64,000 nucleotides of DNA from Podarcis erhardii (lineage: Eukaryota). The notes below the pieces were generated by a model. That model had not been told where the DNA came from. It did not search any database and saw nothing but the letters and a program-made list of their open reading frames with translations. Location of the stretch: the NCBI GenBank assembly GCA_964252035.1, contig OZ176206.1, one strand, 5' to 3'. Below are positions 29,575 to 43,052 of the stretch, piece by piece (the stretch's first letter is position 1; each line of letters starts with the position of its first letter). The position numbers and the translations under genes are program-made.

Positions 29575-29736
29575 CTCATAGAACAGAACAGAACAGAATC
29601 TAATTGTAGAGTTGGAAGGGACCATGGGAATCATTTAGTCCAACCACCTGCAATGCAGGAATATTTTGCCCAACGTGGGGCTCAAACCCACAACCCTGAG
29701 ATTAAGAGTCTCATACTCTACCAACTGAGCTATTCC
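29575..29736 (-). mobile_element. tRNA-Lys-derived SINE with CR1-type 3' tail (Squam1-like)
   Basis: On -: atagctcagttggtagagtatgagactcttaatctcagggttgtgggtttgagccccacgttgggc, then the same tail as the 6750 copy. Confidence 0.85.
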
Positions 29737-30115
29737 AGATCATTGAATCTTCCAGTTCAGTACTGTCTACTCTGGGGTACTGTCAACCCAGCACCCATGA
29801 AGGCTTTTTCTGGAGTCCCCAGGCCCAAGGTTGCAGACCCTCAATATTTTTTGGATTTTGCGGGAAGAGGGGATGGCAGAACAGTGTAGAGCAGTTGCTG
29901 GAGCTGGAAGGGCAAGTCGTCTTGCATTATATTTGTGGTTTTTTGGTGGTGGCAGGAATCATTTTCCTGTTCCCTGAGAATCCCATCATGTTTGGTTTGT
30001 TGCCTGCCAGTGATGTAGAGCTGGCGGCAGGCACTTGCTTCACCCCATGAAGAGGTTATATATGGATGCTTGACTGACAGAGGTTCACTTGGGCAGAGAA
30101 AGAGGGAAAGATGTA

Positions 30116-30357
30116 CAGTGGTACCTCGGGTTAAGTACTTAATTCATTCCGGAGGTCTGTTCTTAACCTGAAACTGTTCTTAACCTGAAGCACCACTTTA
30201 GCTAATTGGGCCTCCCGCTGCCGCCGTGCCACCAGAGCACGATTTCTGTTCTCATCCTGAAGCAAAGTTCTTAACATGAGGTACTATTTCTGGGTAAGTG
30301 GAGTCTGTAAGCTGAAGCGTCTGTAAGCTGAAGCGTATGTAACCCGAGGTACCACTG
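30116..30357 (-). mobile_element. Tc1/pogo-type MITE, family A copy 2
   Basis: Same TIRs, TA flanks, reverse orientation. Confidence 0.9.
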
Positions 30358-30435
30358 TATGTGTGTGAGAGGGAGGGAGAGAGGAGGTATGAACAAATGG
30401 TGGTCTGTGAGAGAGGTAGAGATGCACGGAGATGT

Positions 30436-30482
30436 GGGTGGCGCTGTGGTCTAAACCACCGAGCGTCTTGGGCTTGACGATC
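30436..30482 (+). mobile_element. Sauria SINE head fragment
   Basis: gggtggcgctgtggtctaaaccaccgagcgtcttgggcttg. Confidence 0.65.
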
Positions 30483-30680
30483 CTGCACTGAGGAGCCGCA
30501 GAGACAGAGGCATATGTGAGGGGAGTATGTGTGAGACAGCTGTATGTGTTGTGATTATGGGAGAAAGAAATGGGTGAGAGGTGTGTGAATGTATAGTCTC
30601 TGTGTTTATGTGGTCTGTGAAACAGATGGAGAGATGCACTTGGGCAAAGAAAGGGAGAGATGTATGTGTGGTTGTGTATA

Positions 30681-30925
30681 CAGTGGTACCTCGGGTTACA
30701 TAAACTTCAGGTTACATACGCTTCAGGTTACAGACTCCGCTAACCCAGAAATAGTACCTCAGGTTAAGAACTTTGCTTCAGGATGAGAACAGAAATCGTG
30801 CTTTGGTGGTGCGGCGGCAGCAGGAGGCCCCATTAGCTAAAGTCATGGTGCTTCAGGTTAAGAACAGTTTCAGGTTAAGAACGGACTTCCGGAACGAATT
30901 AAGTACTTAACCCGAGGTACCACTG
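30681..30925 (+). mobile_element. Tc1/pogo-type MITE, family A copy 3
   Basis: Same TIRs, TA flanks. Confidence 0.9.
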
Positions 30926-32058
30926 TAGTTGAAATATGTGTTTAAGAGAGAGAGAGAGGGGGGTGGATGTGCATAAGATCTGTATGTGTGCAGAGAACTA
31001 GTGTAGTGTGGCCACCTTGTATATATTTTTTTGGTACTGGGGAATGCACTCTGTTCTTATTAGATAACAACAGCATCAGTCTGTATGTGCAAGATGTCAA
31101 GATTGTATGTCAACAACCAGGGCCAGCAGAACACTGCTGACTTCCTGCAGGTAGCATGTGGTTGTTCAGTAGGTGGGAGGGAAGCAACAATGACTGGATT
31201 CTCTCTAATTTTGTGTTATGCCATGCCCTTATGGCAGCAATTTTGTGACTGGTGCCCATATAGTTTTCTCAAAATTCTAAATGGGGCCACTACCTCTGGT
31301 CACCAACAATTGGTGACTGACAGGCCACAGTTTTCCCAAGCAGGATTTGAACTCAGAACCCTATTCATGCAAAGCATGTGCTCTGTTACTGACACATGGC
31401 TGTAATTCACCTAAATGAGGGAAAAGCCAAGCACTGTATTTAGGGACACTATTGTCTTCAGCTCACCAAAGCACAGTTTATTCTTCCACAAAGACCCATT
31501 ACACATATTAAGGACCAGTACAATATATAGGCCCTCCCTCCACAAATACTCAACCTTTCACCATATTTTTCACTTGTGCATTGTGTTTTTAATATTTTAT
31601 TGGGAGCCGCACAGAGTTGCTGGGGCAACCCAGTCAAATGGGTAGCATATAAATAATAAAATTATTGTTATTATGATGATGATTAATAATACAAATGAAA
31701 ATCTTAAGTAGCTGAAGCAGTGCTGCTATATCAGATGCTCTTAAACTATTTTCTGGGACTCATGGTAATATAATTTATTGCTAAACAATTACACTGCGGC
31801 CTTACAATTTCTTTATGTAAACATCCTCAAGCAGCACAAGCAAATCATATGTTGCATTACTCAGCAGTCAAAACATAGGGGCTGGTTCACACATTAATGC
31901 AGCATGTCGTCACCACATGCAGTGGGCAATTAGTCATGTTGCTAATGTTATTATTTACATTTATATTCTACTTCTACTGGCAAGGCGTCAATGAAGTTGT
32001 ACCTTTACAGTATTATATGCTGTTATTCACTGATTTTACCTAACAACTCAAAGCAATA

Positions 32059-32264
32059 CAGGCAACGCTCAGCTTATGCAGGGGTTACGTTTCAGGGGTG
32101 GCATGTAAAGCCAAAATAGTGTATAGTCAAAACACATTGGGTTCAACGGTGGGTGGGATTGCCAAAGCCTTTTCCCCCAGACAATTGCCCTCTTTCCACC
32201 CCCTTTTTAATTTTCTACATCTGAATGTGTACAAGTTAAATGTGGTCAAATTGCGAGTTAACTG
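32059..32264. mobile_element. Old TA-flanked Tigger-like MITE
   Basis: ta|caggcaacgctcagctta ... ttgcgagttaactg|ta, degenerate TIRs. Confidence 0.45.
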
Positions 32265-34085
32265 TATACAGATAGCAGTTTGTAACCACCTTGTGCATGA
32301 ATCTCCCCAGGATCGGTGCATGCACAGATTCCACTTAGACCTCTGAGTGGGGAAGCAGATGCAACTTGACTAGAAAATCACATGAACTATTCTTAAATTA
32401 GTTGAAAATATATTAAATATATTATATGGAAGTTTATTTAATATTTTTATTAAATCTACTACTTCCTTACATTTTAAAGCCCTAACCGCCATGGGAAGGT
32501 GCGGCAAAGCTCTTCGCCGCCCCAGGGAAGCACAGCGCACCCTCTGCCACCAAGGAAAGGCGCGGCGAGGCCCTCCATCTCTGTGGGGATGCTTGAAGAG
32601 GCCCTCCACAGCCATGGGGCTGCCTACAAAGCCTCCGCTGCCATGAATATATATTGTGATATATCAAGATATTGTGATGTTTAGTTGATGATGTATTGTG
32701 ATATTGAAAACCAGATATCGCCCAGCCCTACTTGTGATCCCCAGCAACTGGTAAAGTCATACTATCTCCATCATGGCTAGTAGGCATTGATAATTTGTCT
32801 AAACACTTTTTAAAACCACCTGACATATCACTATCACTATTTCCATTTTACTAGGCAGTCAGTTTTAATTTACCCATGGAAGTTGGAGCTAGCACCTAGA
32901 TTCATATAGCACATATTATAAAGAGTGAATGAAGATGAAGAGAAGTCAGGCTAGAAGAACCAGCCCAGGTCTTACAGATTATGCTGCCAAATATTTAGGC
33001 TGTGAGGTAGCAGTGGCCTAATTGGGACTAACAATTGACAACTTCAGTTTACTTCACTTATATCCTACCAGAGCAACATGAGCTCAAAACAACTTGCATT
33101 TTTATATTTTTCCAAATCCTGTGACGCAGAATGGCAGACTATAGTGATATGTCCACTGTAGAAACCATAGCTGGACAGGGGTTTGAACAGGGACTCCCAC
33201 ATCCAACCTAGCACTTCAGCCACTAGACCACACTGGTTCTCTGCATCATAGCACACTAGCAAGATAGGAGACCACCAAGAAAACCTGAGTCTGAAGCATG
33301 ACCCCTACAACACTGTGGAACCATTCAAAAATATGTATCTTTAACACCTACAAAGTTTGTGTTTCGAGTTACATAGCTTTCCTCTTACTTGTGCTTCTGG
33401 CTGCTCTCCACCAGGGGGAAATTTGCCCTTTTAGAAATATAGGTATTGCTGGCCTAGACAGTGCTCAGTTTGTACATAAAATGCAATTTTATTACTATTG
33501 CTGGTGCCTCGGCAACCATCAGAACTACTAGGTACTATTCTTAGCTGTGGAAAGGACATGTTAGAGTGGCTGGAATGAAGTACAGCAGCACACAGGCAGA
33601 GAGAGCTAATGGTTTCTATTCCTAGGTCTGCTGCATGGAGGCACAAAACTCAGTACCGATTTGGCAGAAAGAGTGCTTGCTTGAGGTCCCCCTAGATCCA
33701 ATTCCTGGCAACACAACACCCCTCTAACACCAAACTGGCTGCAGCTGCATGCTTATTAACACAGCTAGTTAATTAATGGAAGGGTTTCAAAGCTGGGCTT
33801 CTGCCCTTTATGGACAGACTAGTTGAGTGCAATTTCTGGCAAAGAAGTGCAAGGCTACTGACATCATATTCCTTATTTATTTAATTAAGGGCCTAAAAAG
33901 AGACAGACCCACTTCCCAACCGGAGGTTGGCACAAATAAAAACAATGTGGGGTTTAATAAGCATGTGACATCGCAAGTTTTCACTCAGAAGCAAGTTGTG
34001 GAAGTTCCTTTGCAGCTCAGCCTGACTCTAGGGTTTCTCCTAAGCCTCTTCTCACAATGAAGAGCTACAACATCTATCTTTAAAT

Positions 34086-34288
34086 CAGGGGTTCCTAATA
34101 TGGTGCTTGTGGGCACGCATGTGCTTGCCTTTCCTAGCTGCCCACTGATATCAGACTTGAAAGAATCTTTCCATTGTAGCCAATAGAACAGGTTGCAGGG
34201 GGTGCTTGGTTGCAGGGTGTGTGTGGTGCCCACAACAGTTTCTCCAGTATGCCAATGTGCCCATGGGCCTAAAGGGTTGACAACCCCC
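34086..34288. mobile_element. Degenerate hAT-like MITE
   Basis: caggggttcctaa ... gttgacaacccc ends. Confidence 0.45.
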
Positions 34289-36949
34289 ATTTCCCCAGGA
34301 TTGATGTCTTTATTAATAAAGAGGGCTATGTACCATTCCAATATGCCTGAGTTTGTCAGGCATAGTGTGGAATTTGGTATTCTGAGCAGTTTAGTTTCCA
34401 ATGCTTAAGATCAGTTTTTTCAGCTGTTATAGCTGAGGAGCAAAGCTTAGAAGTATCCAGACAGTGCCTAATGAACCCTCTAGAATTGTGCTCTGCCTTG
34501 CTCAGCTCCCATGGCTCATATTCCCCCTTCTCTTACCCGCCAAAAGCCACTGGTCCTCCATTCCCCATTCCCCTCTCATCTTTCATTTCTCCAATACTTG
34601 ACCCCCCCCCAAAGACTCCTTGAAAATCATATGAAATCTCACGCAGACACTTGCATAATTTATTATCAACATTAAATCTGGAGTTCCTAAAACCACTGGT
34701 AAGAGCCTATATGTGAAAGTAAAAATTCCAACACAGAGTCCAGGGCACATTCTATTTTCTACATGCAGACTCAGGTTGACATATATGAAGATTTGGTCTT
34801 AGATTTTTCATTTAAGTTTCAAAGCCAAGAGATATAATTTTGCTCTTTGCCTGTGGCTCTGCTTCTCTTTTAAGGCATTTTCATTTATAAAAGAAAGGGT
34901 CACAGATTAATTTAAAGTACATTTCCACTTCCCTTTTAGTAAAACATGCAATTCCCTCATCCACAAAGATAACAGCTAGTTCCCTAGAGAGCTCTACAAC
35001 CATCAAGATACAATGATTCAAAGGGTGCCAAAACTGCCTATGAAACTCAGGCATCATCCATGCAAAGGTGGTAGCTATAAGCATGCTCCTTATATGTGTT
35101 TGCGTATGTATTCACAATTAAAAACTTATCCTAACTCAGTCACATAGCTCATGTAGTCCTGAAGACCTACTCCTTCCCAGAGTCTCATTCTTGAAGCACT
35201 GAAGAAAAACCACACCTTGTGTTCCAAGCAAAGCTATTCAACATATTTTTAAAAAACCAATCAAGCCCAAACCCTAGATTTCTTGGCCTTCTTCCCCAGG
35301 GTATTTTCAGATTTCACCTAAGCCCATTAAACACCAAAAGGAGACAACAACCTCCCTCTCCCATCTACAGAGACTTTCCTCAGTGCATAATAGTCCTCCA
35401 GCTTCCTTCTAGTTCTCCCTTATGCAGTTGCCAAGTCTCCCCCAGTTGCTGCTCTGGGCCTCATAGCTTAGAACAAAGACAGATACGATCAGATAATCAG
35501 TATTTTCTCATTTGCCACACATGGTCCCTACCTGTGACCATTTTCCTGTTGTAGCAGGCTGAGGGCAGAAAGCAGGAAGGCTCCTGTCGGGCCCAATGCG
35601 TTTGCAATGTCAGCAGCATGGTATTGAGATGGGTCTCAGTGCTGGAAGGGATCACCATGGGAAAAGCTATCTAACCACACCACCTACTCAAGTCCACACC
35701 ATGGAAAGCTGTTCGCTGAAGTCCACTTTTTGGCTGTTGCTCGCCCAGGTTGTGCTCCCGAGAGTCTTAAAGCCACTAAGCAGAAAGCAGTGCTACACAG
35801 CTGTCATTGCAGAGGCTATGGAAGGTCAGCGGGCGTGGAATGCTCTCTTGGCTGGATCAAAGCAAACAGCTGGTTACATGCCATGGCCAAGTGGAAACTG
35901 ATCAGAGGAACAGCTGACAAAAGGTTTCCAAACGCAGGCCAGAAAAACCACTAAGGAGAGGGGCTGAAACGTGCCAATTCCAAACTCCTCTTTTCTAAAA
36001 TGTTACCTCCAGGCCACTGTTTGCCTCTTTGAACTTTCCCAAAGGAATTAACTCATTGGTGCTGGTTTCTAAAAACCTGAATGGTCACTGAACAAGCTGT
36101 TTCTGCTAAATCCTTAGAGACAAGAGGAGTGTGGGACAGGAGTCTAAACTGACCGCATGTTATCACTATTTTTGTAGAAAAAAATAGTAATATAAAAAAT
36201 GCAGTTTCAGAATCTTTATGAACATGTAATCATTTTGTGAGGGTTTTTGCAGGGTGGTGGTGATGTTAGCATAAATTTCCAGACCCCATTCTCCTAGTAA
36301 CTAGTACCTTGGCCAAACACCACTGCAATAATAGTTTCAGACATTCACTCTGAGAGGTGTGTGTTTGTTTTGGGGGGTGGGACTAAAGTATCAATCAGGC
36401 TTTCTGACAGGCAAATATAGTATTTTACAATGGATCTCCCCCTTCCCCAACAATCAGTCTCATTAAAAATCCAAATGAGGCAATATTCAATCTTTGACTG
36501 AAACTCTTGTGTCTTTTCAAATCAGAGCAAGCCATTGTCCATTGCACTGATACTTCTATAACCAAAGTTTTGATTCCAGCATCATCAAACCATCATCCTT
36601 TTGGCTCCTTTTAGCTCACACTGCTCCCATCACCATGAAAATCCACATCCACCACATGCAAAAGTGGAAGTGTTATGCAAGAAGATGGCAGCCAGAGCAT
36701 ATGAATCCAATATCAGGAGGTACTTTTTTGAGGATTTCTTCACACCAAAACTTTTAAGAGTTGCTACACATTTTATTACTCAGCCCAAACAACAATGTTC
36801 ATAAGAACCTCAGGTCTGGTACACAGTTTATACATTTTTTGGAATAGAGTGTGGCTTGGGAATGAGGGCCATAAATACATTTATTAATTTATAAATCACC
36901 CATGGAAGGATTCTGGACAATGTATTTCAAACATAAGAGCACCATACAG

Positions 36950-37270
36950 TAAAGGTAAAGGGACCCCTGACCATTAGGTCCAGTCGTGGCCGACTCTGGG
37001 GTTGTGGCACTCATCTTGCTTTATTGGCCAACGGAGTCAGCGTACAGCTTCCGGTTCACGTGGCCAGCATGGTGAACCAAAGCAGCACATGGAAACGCCG
37101 TTTACCTTCCCGCCAGAGCGGTACCTATTTATCTACTTGCAGTTTGACGTGCTTTCGGACTGCTAGGTTGGCAGAAGCAGGGACCGAGCAACGGGAGCTC
37201 ACCCTGTCACGGGGATTTGAACCGCGACCTTCTGAGTGGCAAGTCCTAGGCTCTGTGATTTAACCACAGA
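36950..37270 (-). mobile_element. Sauria SINE, 5'-truncated
   Basis: Reverse complement of the 3522 element (taaaggtaaagggacccctg...). Confidence 0.85.
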
Positions 37271-38783
37271 TATATAAATTAAAAAAAATAATTGCAAACA
37301 TGAAAGCATTTTAAATTGATCTTTAAAGGATATTGGATTGAAAGTAGAAAGAGTTAATTCACTATCTATTAATGGCAACTAAAATCTTAACTGCACAGAT
37401 CTGGAAAAGGAAGAACCTCAACAACTGGTAAAAAAACTGTTGGAAAAATGATTAATGGCAAAGCTAACTTATTGGAACAAAGAGAAAACAGAGAAGGAGC
37501 TTGCAAAATGAACTATTTTGATAATTTTTTTAAATAATGTAATTTTTTAGGAAGTTTACTTGATCTGGATTAATAGTCTTAGGAAGGAGTTATTTATTGT
37601 TGTAAAAATTAAATTTGAATGGTTAATTTAAAATGAATACTTAACTGATATAAAAATTAAATGTATGACTGTAATGTACAGAATTATTGGAGATAAACAA
37701 TTGTGAATATTGTATATTGTTAATATCATTTATTTGTTTGCCCACTTTCTCTAGTTAAATCATATCCAAGGCAGCTATGTTATGATCTGCAAAAAATTAC
37801 AGTCTAAATCACAATATCTAAAATATTTGTTTTGTGTTTTTTAGTAGCAAATCATTAAATGTTTTCCATTGGCATCTGAAATCCAGTAATGTTGAAGACA
37901 GGCCCACTTCTAAGGAGGAATCATTCCAGAACCAGAGATTCTCCTGCCACAGAGGAGGCCCTTCTATGTGTCTCCAAATCCTGGTGGGACTACAAGCAGA
38001 GCATCCCAGCCCACCGACCTGAAAAATTTAATTGCCCAGCATTGAAAAAAGTCAACTATTTAAAGCAAATCAGAATACAATAGACTAAATAAAGAAAACA
38101 GGTAATAATAATTTATTATTGTCTGAATATTTAAAATAGTAGGTTTATTCTAGCATAGACTTCTAGTGAAACTGCCAGTTTGAATAACACAAGTCAATTG
38201 TATTCTGTTCTGCAAGCTTTTTTACTTTTCTATGCAAATTGACCTTGCATTTTGATTACTTTCCACTGTTGCTTCTGTCTCAAGCCCCCATTTGGTCATG
38301 TCTGGCCAGTATTCAGCTTAGCTCACACAAGACTGGTTCAGATACAAGTAAGCTTCTACCTCGCATACTCACTCCAAATTTGCACCTCCTGAACATCATC
38401 TTTTTGCCATACTTTGCTGTTACACACAAACTGGTAAACTATGATTTGTGCTTGCTCTCCCAAGTTGAATTGCAAATAGTGATCAAACTGTGTTGTGAAA
38501 TGGAGGGAATCAGAGCATGCAAAGGGAGAGAGGACTACATAAGACTGAGACTTCCTCATGGGAAACAAGCCACACTGGTAAGACTACTGCTCAGATCTAA
38601 TCCTGAGAAAGCAAAACTAGTTAACTAGTTAACCATATTAGTTAACTAATATGATTTGATTTTTTTTTTTTTTAGGAAGAAGGGAAATCCAAATCAGCCA
38701 CTTTTATCCTAAAGTAGGCTGGCCAGTGGGAATACAGAAATGGAAATTTATCCATTCCTATTCCTTGCTACTTTCCCTTAGTA

Positions 38784-39018
38784 CAGTGGTACCTCGGGTT
38801 AAGTACTTAATTAGTTCCAGATGTCTGTACTTAACCTGAAACTGTACTTAACCTGAAGCCCACTTTAGCTAATGGGGCCTCCTGCTGCGCCGCCAGAGCC
38901 TGATTTCTGTTCTCATCCTGAAGCAAATTTCTTAACCTGAAGCACAATTTCTGGGTTAGCGGAGTCTGTAACCTGAAGCGTATGTAACCTGAAGCGTATG
39001 TAACCCGAGGTACCACTG
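38784..39018 (-). mobile_element. Tc1/pogo-type MITE, family A copy 4
   Basis: Same TIRs, TA flanks. Confidence 0.9.
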
Positions 39019-39146
39019 TAGTAATATGTAGCTATGAAGCTTGAGCAAGCAACTCTTCATTTAGAAAAGAGCACTGTACAGGAGACATAAGAACTACCAG
39101 TCATGGGGCAATAATTCTCAGGGTTAAACTTCCTGGTGGTCATAAC

Positions 39147-39292
39147 CAGTGCTTTTTTTCTAAAAAAATGTTTAGGGGTACTCTCATTTTCCTACTCATA
39201 TTGAAATACTGCCTCTCAATAAGCCCAAACTTAGATTAACCAAACGTTTAGGGGTATGCATCCCCCTGCGTCCCCTCCAGAAAAAAGCACTG
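39147..39292. mobile_element. hAT MITE
   Basis: TIR CAGTGCTTTTTT / AAAAAAGCACTG; TSD gtcataac/ttcataac (7/8). Confidence 0.85.
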
Positions 39293-41224
39293 TTCATAAC
39301 ACTGACTATAGCATTTATTCTGATGTGCCTGGGAAGCCTATAGTGCAGATGATGTTTAACATAATAATCCTGAAAAATCGTAGAAACCTTGTACTCTTCA
39401 GCAACCAGAGCCACAATCTAAATCATCAGTCCCCACAGACAGGGATTTTTTTTCCTTCTGCCCCACTGATCTCTCATGTCTGTACTAGACATCCTTATAC
39501 ACCTCCATACAGCTGTACTATTCAACTCACAGGTATCAAGGCTTAAATTATTTGGTGTAAAATACCAAATAGGTTCCAGTATCAACTGTTCTTTGACCAA
39601 CAGGAGAAAGAATAGTTGTCTGATGGTTGAACAAAACCCAGAGATGTTGACTGGGTTTATGACCAAGAATACTGGGCACTAAGTGATCATTCTACACATG
39701 AGAAAGGCAATAAAGCATACTGAATATTATCCAGCAACTGGCTATTCAGGGCAGTGAGCACCTCAGGTCTTGTATCTTTGTATCTCAAAACAGCTTTGCT
39801 GTTCCTCAGCTCATGAACCGTCAGGCAGAGATTCAACTCATTCAGTTCTAGGAGTTGATGTCTGCCAGTCTGTTGGAAGTGCTGTCCAAACACTTTATAT
39901 GAAGCACTCACAGAGAAATGGTCTCCATGGCATGTAACAGTCACAGCCTTTTATGCTGACCTAACTAGGCTCAATGACTTCTACATGACATGACATCGGA
40001 AGAATGTGCATGATCCTTTATATGTAGGGTGTTGAAACTGTGTCTGGCCAACATCTGAATCCTAACTTGTTGGGCCACAACACTGGGGAAGCAAAATTCT
40101 CAGTCACAATCTTACATCCATGTTAATACTTTCTGGCTCCAAAAGCAGGCCCCACTTCGTGAAATGACTCCATCATACCATCAGATCTCTGATCAAGATG
40201 GTTTATATTGAAGGAGATACTGTTGTGAACAGGGTTGATGAAACAACTGAAAAGTATGTAGGTGCAGACAAGCCCACCCAAAATGAATACAGAAGAATAT
40301 GATGCTGCAGTTCAGAGACAGGTGCACCTTCTTAAAAAGAGACAAAACTGAGTAAAACCTGTAAAATACAGGAGGTGAAAGGCAGAGCTGGAGGTCAAAT
40401 CAGTTCTTCCTAGAATCACATGCTTTTTCCTAATTCCCCGTTCCTAATTAAGCTGGCTTTATCCTGCTTTCGGTCCAGCCCCAACACCATTCCTATGGGA
40501 TGTGTTCACAGGGAAAGGCCTTTCTTTCTAAGGCCTTTCTTTCTAAGGAGCATAGGCCTTAAAAGCAGAGTGATTTTTTTACAGCAGCACCCACCAATAG
40601 CTGATAAACATGCGCACACCTTCATATTTTGTTATCAGAGAAATGATGTCGTGCATGAATCAAAGAGAAAGAATGTGCACATGAGCACTTTCAGCAATGC
40701 CATTAATTCAACAGGCAAATGTGCATGGTGGGGAAGAGGTCAGTTCAAACACAGTTCTGGTCATAATAGCAAAACCTCAGAATCCAGACTTGGAATCCGA
40801 ACTTGAGACCTCTAGTTTGATCCCCTGGCTTTGGAAAGATGCCCTATACCTCAAGTATCTTAGGCTGGTGCACACACCATCCTTTCATAAACTTCCAACA
40901 AAGATGGTTAAAAAATTCCTCAGGAAGATTATTTCAGTATGAATTGCTTTTATACTTGGGATATTCACTCTGCTAAACATAAAAAATGGGCTTTTCATCC
41001 CAAACTTAAGAACTTAAGGAAAGAAAGCAAACAGTGAGCCCCTTTCTGAAATCTTCTGTTTGAAGATGAAGAATGTCCTGTGACTTTCCCCACCTATAAT
41101 ATGCACCCCAATCTCTTGACCTTTTCCTCATCTAACTAGTTCTTGCCTCTCCTCTGAGTTCTCTACAGCATGTCAAAATAGTTTTTGAATTCTAGTACCT
41201 GTAAGGTACACAGTATTCAAATAA

Positions 41225-41420
41225 CACATACTGTTGGAGGCAGTATGCCTCTGAATACTAGCTACTTGGAATCATAAGTAAAGAGAGGGCTACTGCCCTC
41301 ATGTCCTGCTTGTGTATTTCCCACAGTCATCTGGCTCATCGCTGTGAGAACAAGAAGCTGGACCAGATGGACCTTCCTTATGATCCAACAGGTTCTTCTT
41401 CAATTCATATGTTCTTACTA
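41225..41420 (+). mobile_element. CR1-type 3' end fragment
   Basis: ctgtgagaacaagaagctggaccagatggacc...tgatccaacagg...atgttctta. Confidence 0.55.
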
Positions 41421-42807
41421 TTAACTCCTGATATAAGTCAAGTTTCCACTGTCCCCTGCTGGCATAAATTTACTTGCCTCCAATAAATCAAAAGTTATTC
41501 AATGCTTCAAAGCATTCTCAAAAACCATGTTCCCCCAATTGTTGAGGCACTGTTCTCCCATTCATTATACTGCAGCATAGAAGGTCAGAATAGTTTGAGA
41601 GGTGTAAACAAAGAGACAGATTTCTTGTTTTCAGCTTTACCTCAACTTTATTGTACTTTTCTGACCATCTGTTCAGGTTCTGGTGCTTTCAGGACCTGGT
41701 GAGCCCTTCAAAGTTCTGCTTGGGAAGAAACTATGTTTTCCTCACCAACTTGCACAAGTGTGCTATCCATATCTATGCTGAAGTAGTGTATTTGCTAAAT
41801 TTCCTTACTTGATCTGGGGAAAGTGTTTGCAAGCTACAAACATGCACTGGCTTCAACCATGGAGGGGATATCTCCAGTGCCTGGTCTCAAGGGAAGCTCT
41901 AGGAGGACTGGATCTCTGGGGTGTGGCATTTGTTCTATAGCTTTAAAAGCTGCAGCAAAAGCCTTGGTGGTATCTGAGAAACATTCTACATACAACATTT
42001 TGTGATGCAAGTCCTGCATCACAACACAATTAGAGGTAGAACTGTTGGGCTCTTGACTAGAAATTTGAAGCTTTATGAGGAAGGCATAAAGAATTCCCAG
42101 TTACATGCTATATTTCAGGCACCCAGTCAGAATGGTCATAGTTTGAAATACTATCAGTCCTGAAAGCTCTTGTTTGCTCTCTAGACCTTCAATGTGACAG
42201 ACCCCTTCATTAACTCTTGGTGCACTGCAGAAGCAGATCAGGAGAGCTAAGACCTCAAAATGTCTCATGCAAGTGACCCACAGCTGCAGAGAAAGACAAA
42301 AAAGCCTGGTGGAAGACCACTGCTCTCCCAATTAAAGAGTCATTTTTGTGGCATATTCTATTTTCTTATGCAATCAACTCCTGGGATGAGAAGAGGTTAT
42401 ATCTCTTCAGGAGGAAAGAAGATGCCACCATTTCTTCTCTCTGGAGACAGAAGGAAATGTCTTCACCCAAGTTCCCCAGCTGGCTCCCTCATGAACAAAC
42501 AGTTCCAGTAGGAGAATTCTAGTTTGCCCATTGGCTGATTTCTGTTTAAGCTCCTGCGTCCTGTTGCTATAGCAGGGGCACCCACCAAAGCAGCCCTGGC
42601 CTGTGTCCTGTCTCATGTCCACCCTATACCTCTATGATCGGAGCACACTGGCAGGTAATGATTAACATCTATGACTATGCTATTGCTTGCGCTGGTGCTA
42701 ATATTTTATAGCCACAATTTTTTATATGCTTTGTACCATTAAGATGCTTATTGGTAAACTTGCATGGTATTATTGAGTTTAGTATGTTGTGAACTGCATA
42801 GTGAATA

Positions 42808-43052
42808 CAGTGGTACCTCAGGTTAAGTACTTAATTTGTTCTGGAGGTCCGTACTTAACCTGAAACTGTTATTAACCTGAAGCACCATCACTTTAGCTAA
42901 TGGGGCCTCCTGCTGCTGCCGCGCCGCCAGAGCACAATTTCTGTTCTCATCCTGAAGCAAAGTTCTTAACTTGAGGTAATATTTCTGGGTTAGCGGAGTC
43001 TGTAACCTGAAGCGTATGTAACCTGAAGCGTATGTAACCCGAGGTACCACTG
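42808..43052 (-). mobile_element. Tc1/pogo-type MITE, family A copy 5
   Basis: Same TIRs (one substitution), TA flanks. Confidence 0.9.

Noticed and set aside
29665-29736. Apparent tRNA-Lys(CTT) gene
   Set aside because: Acceptor stem degenerate, several substitutions, and fused to a CR1-type tail, so it is a SINE head
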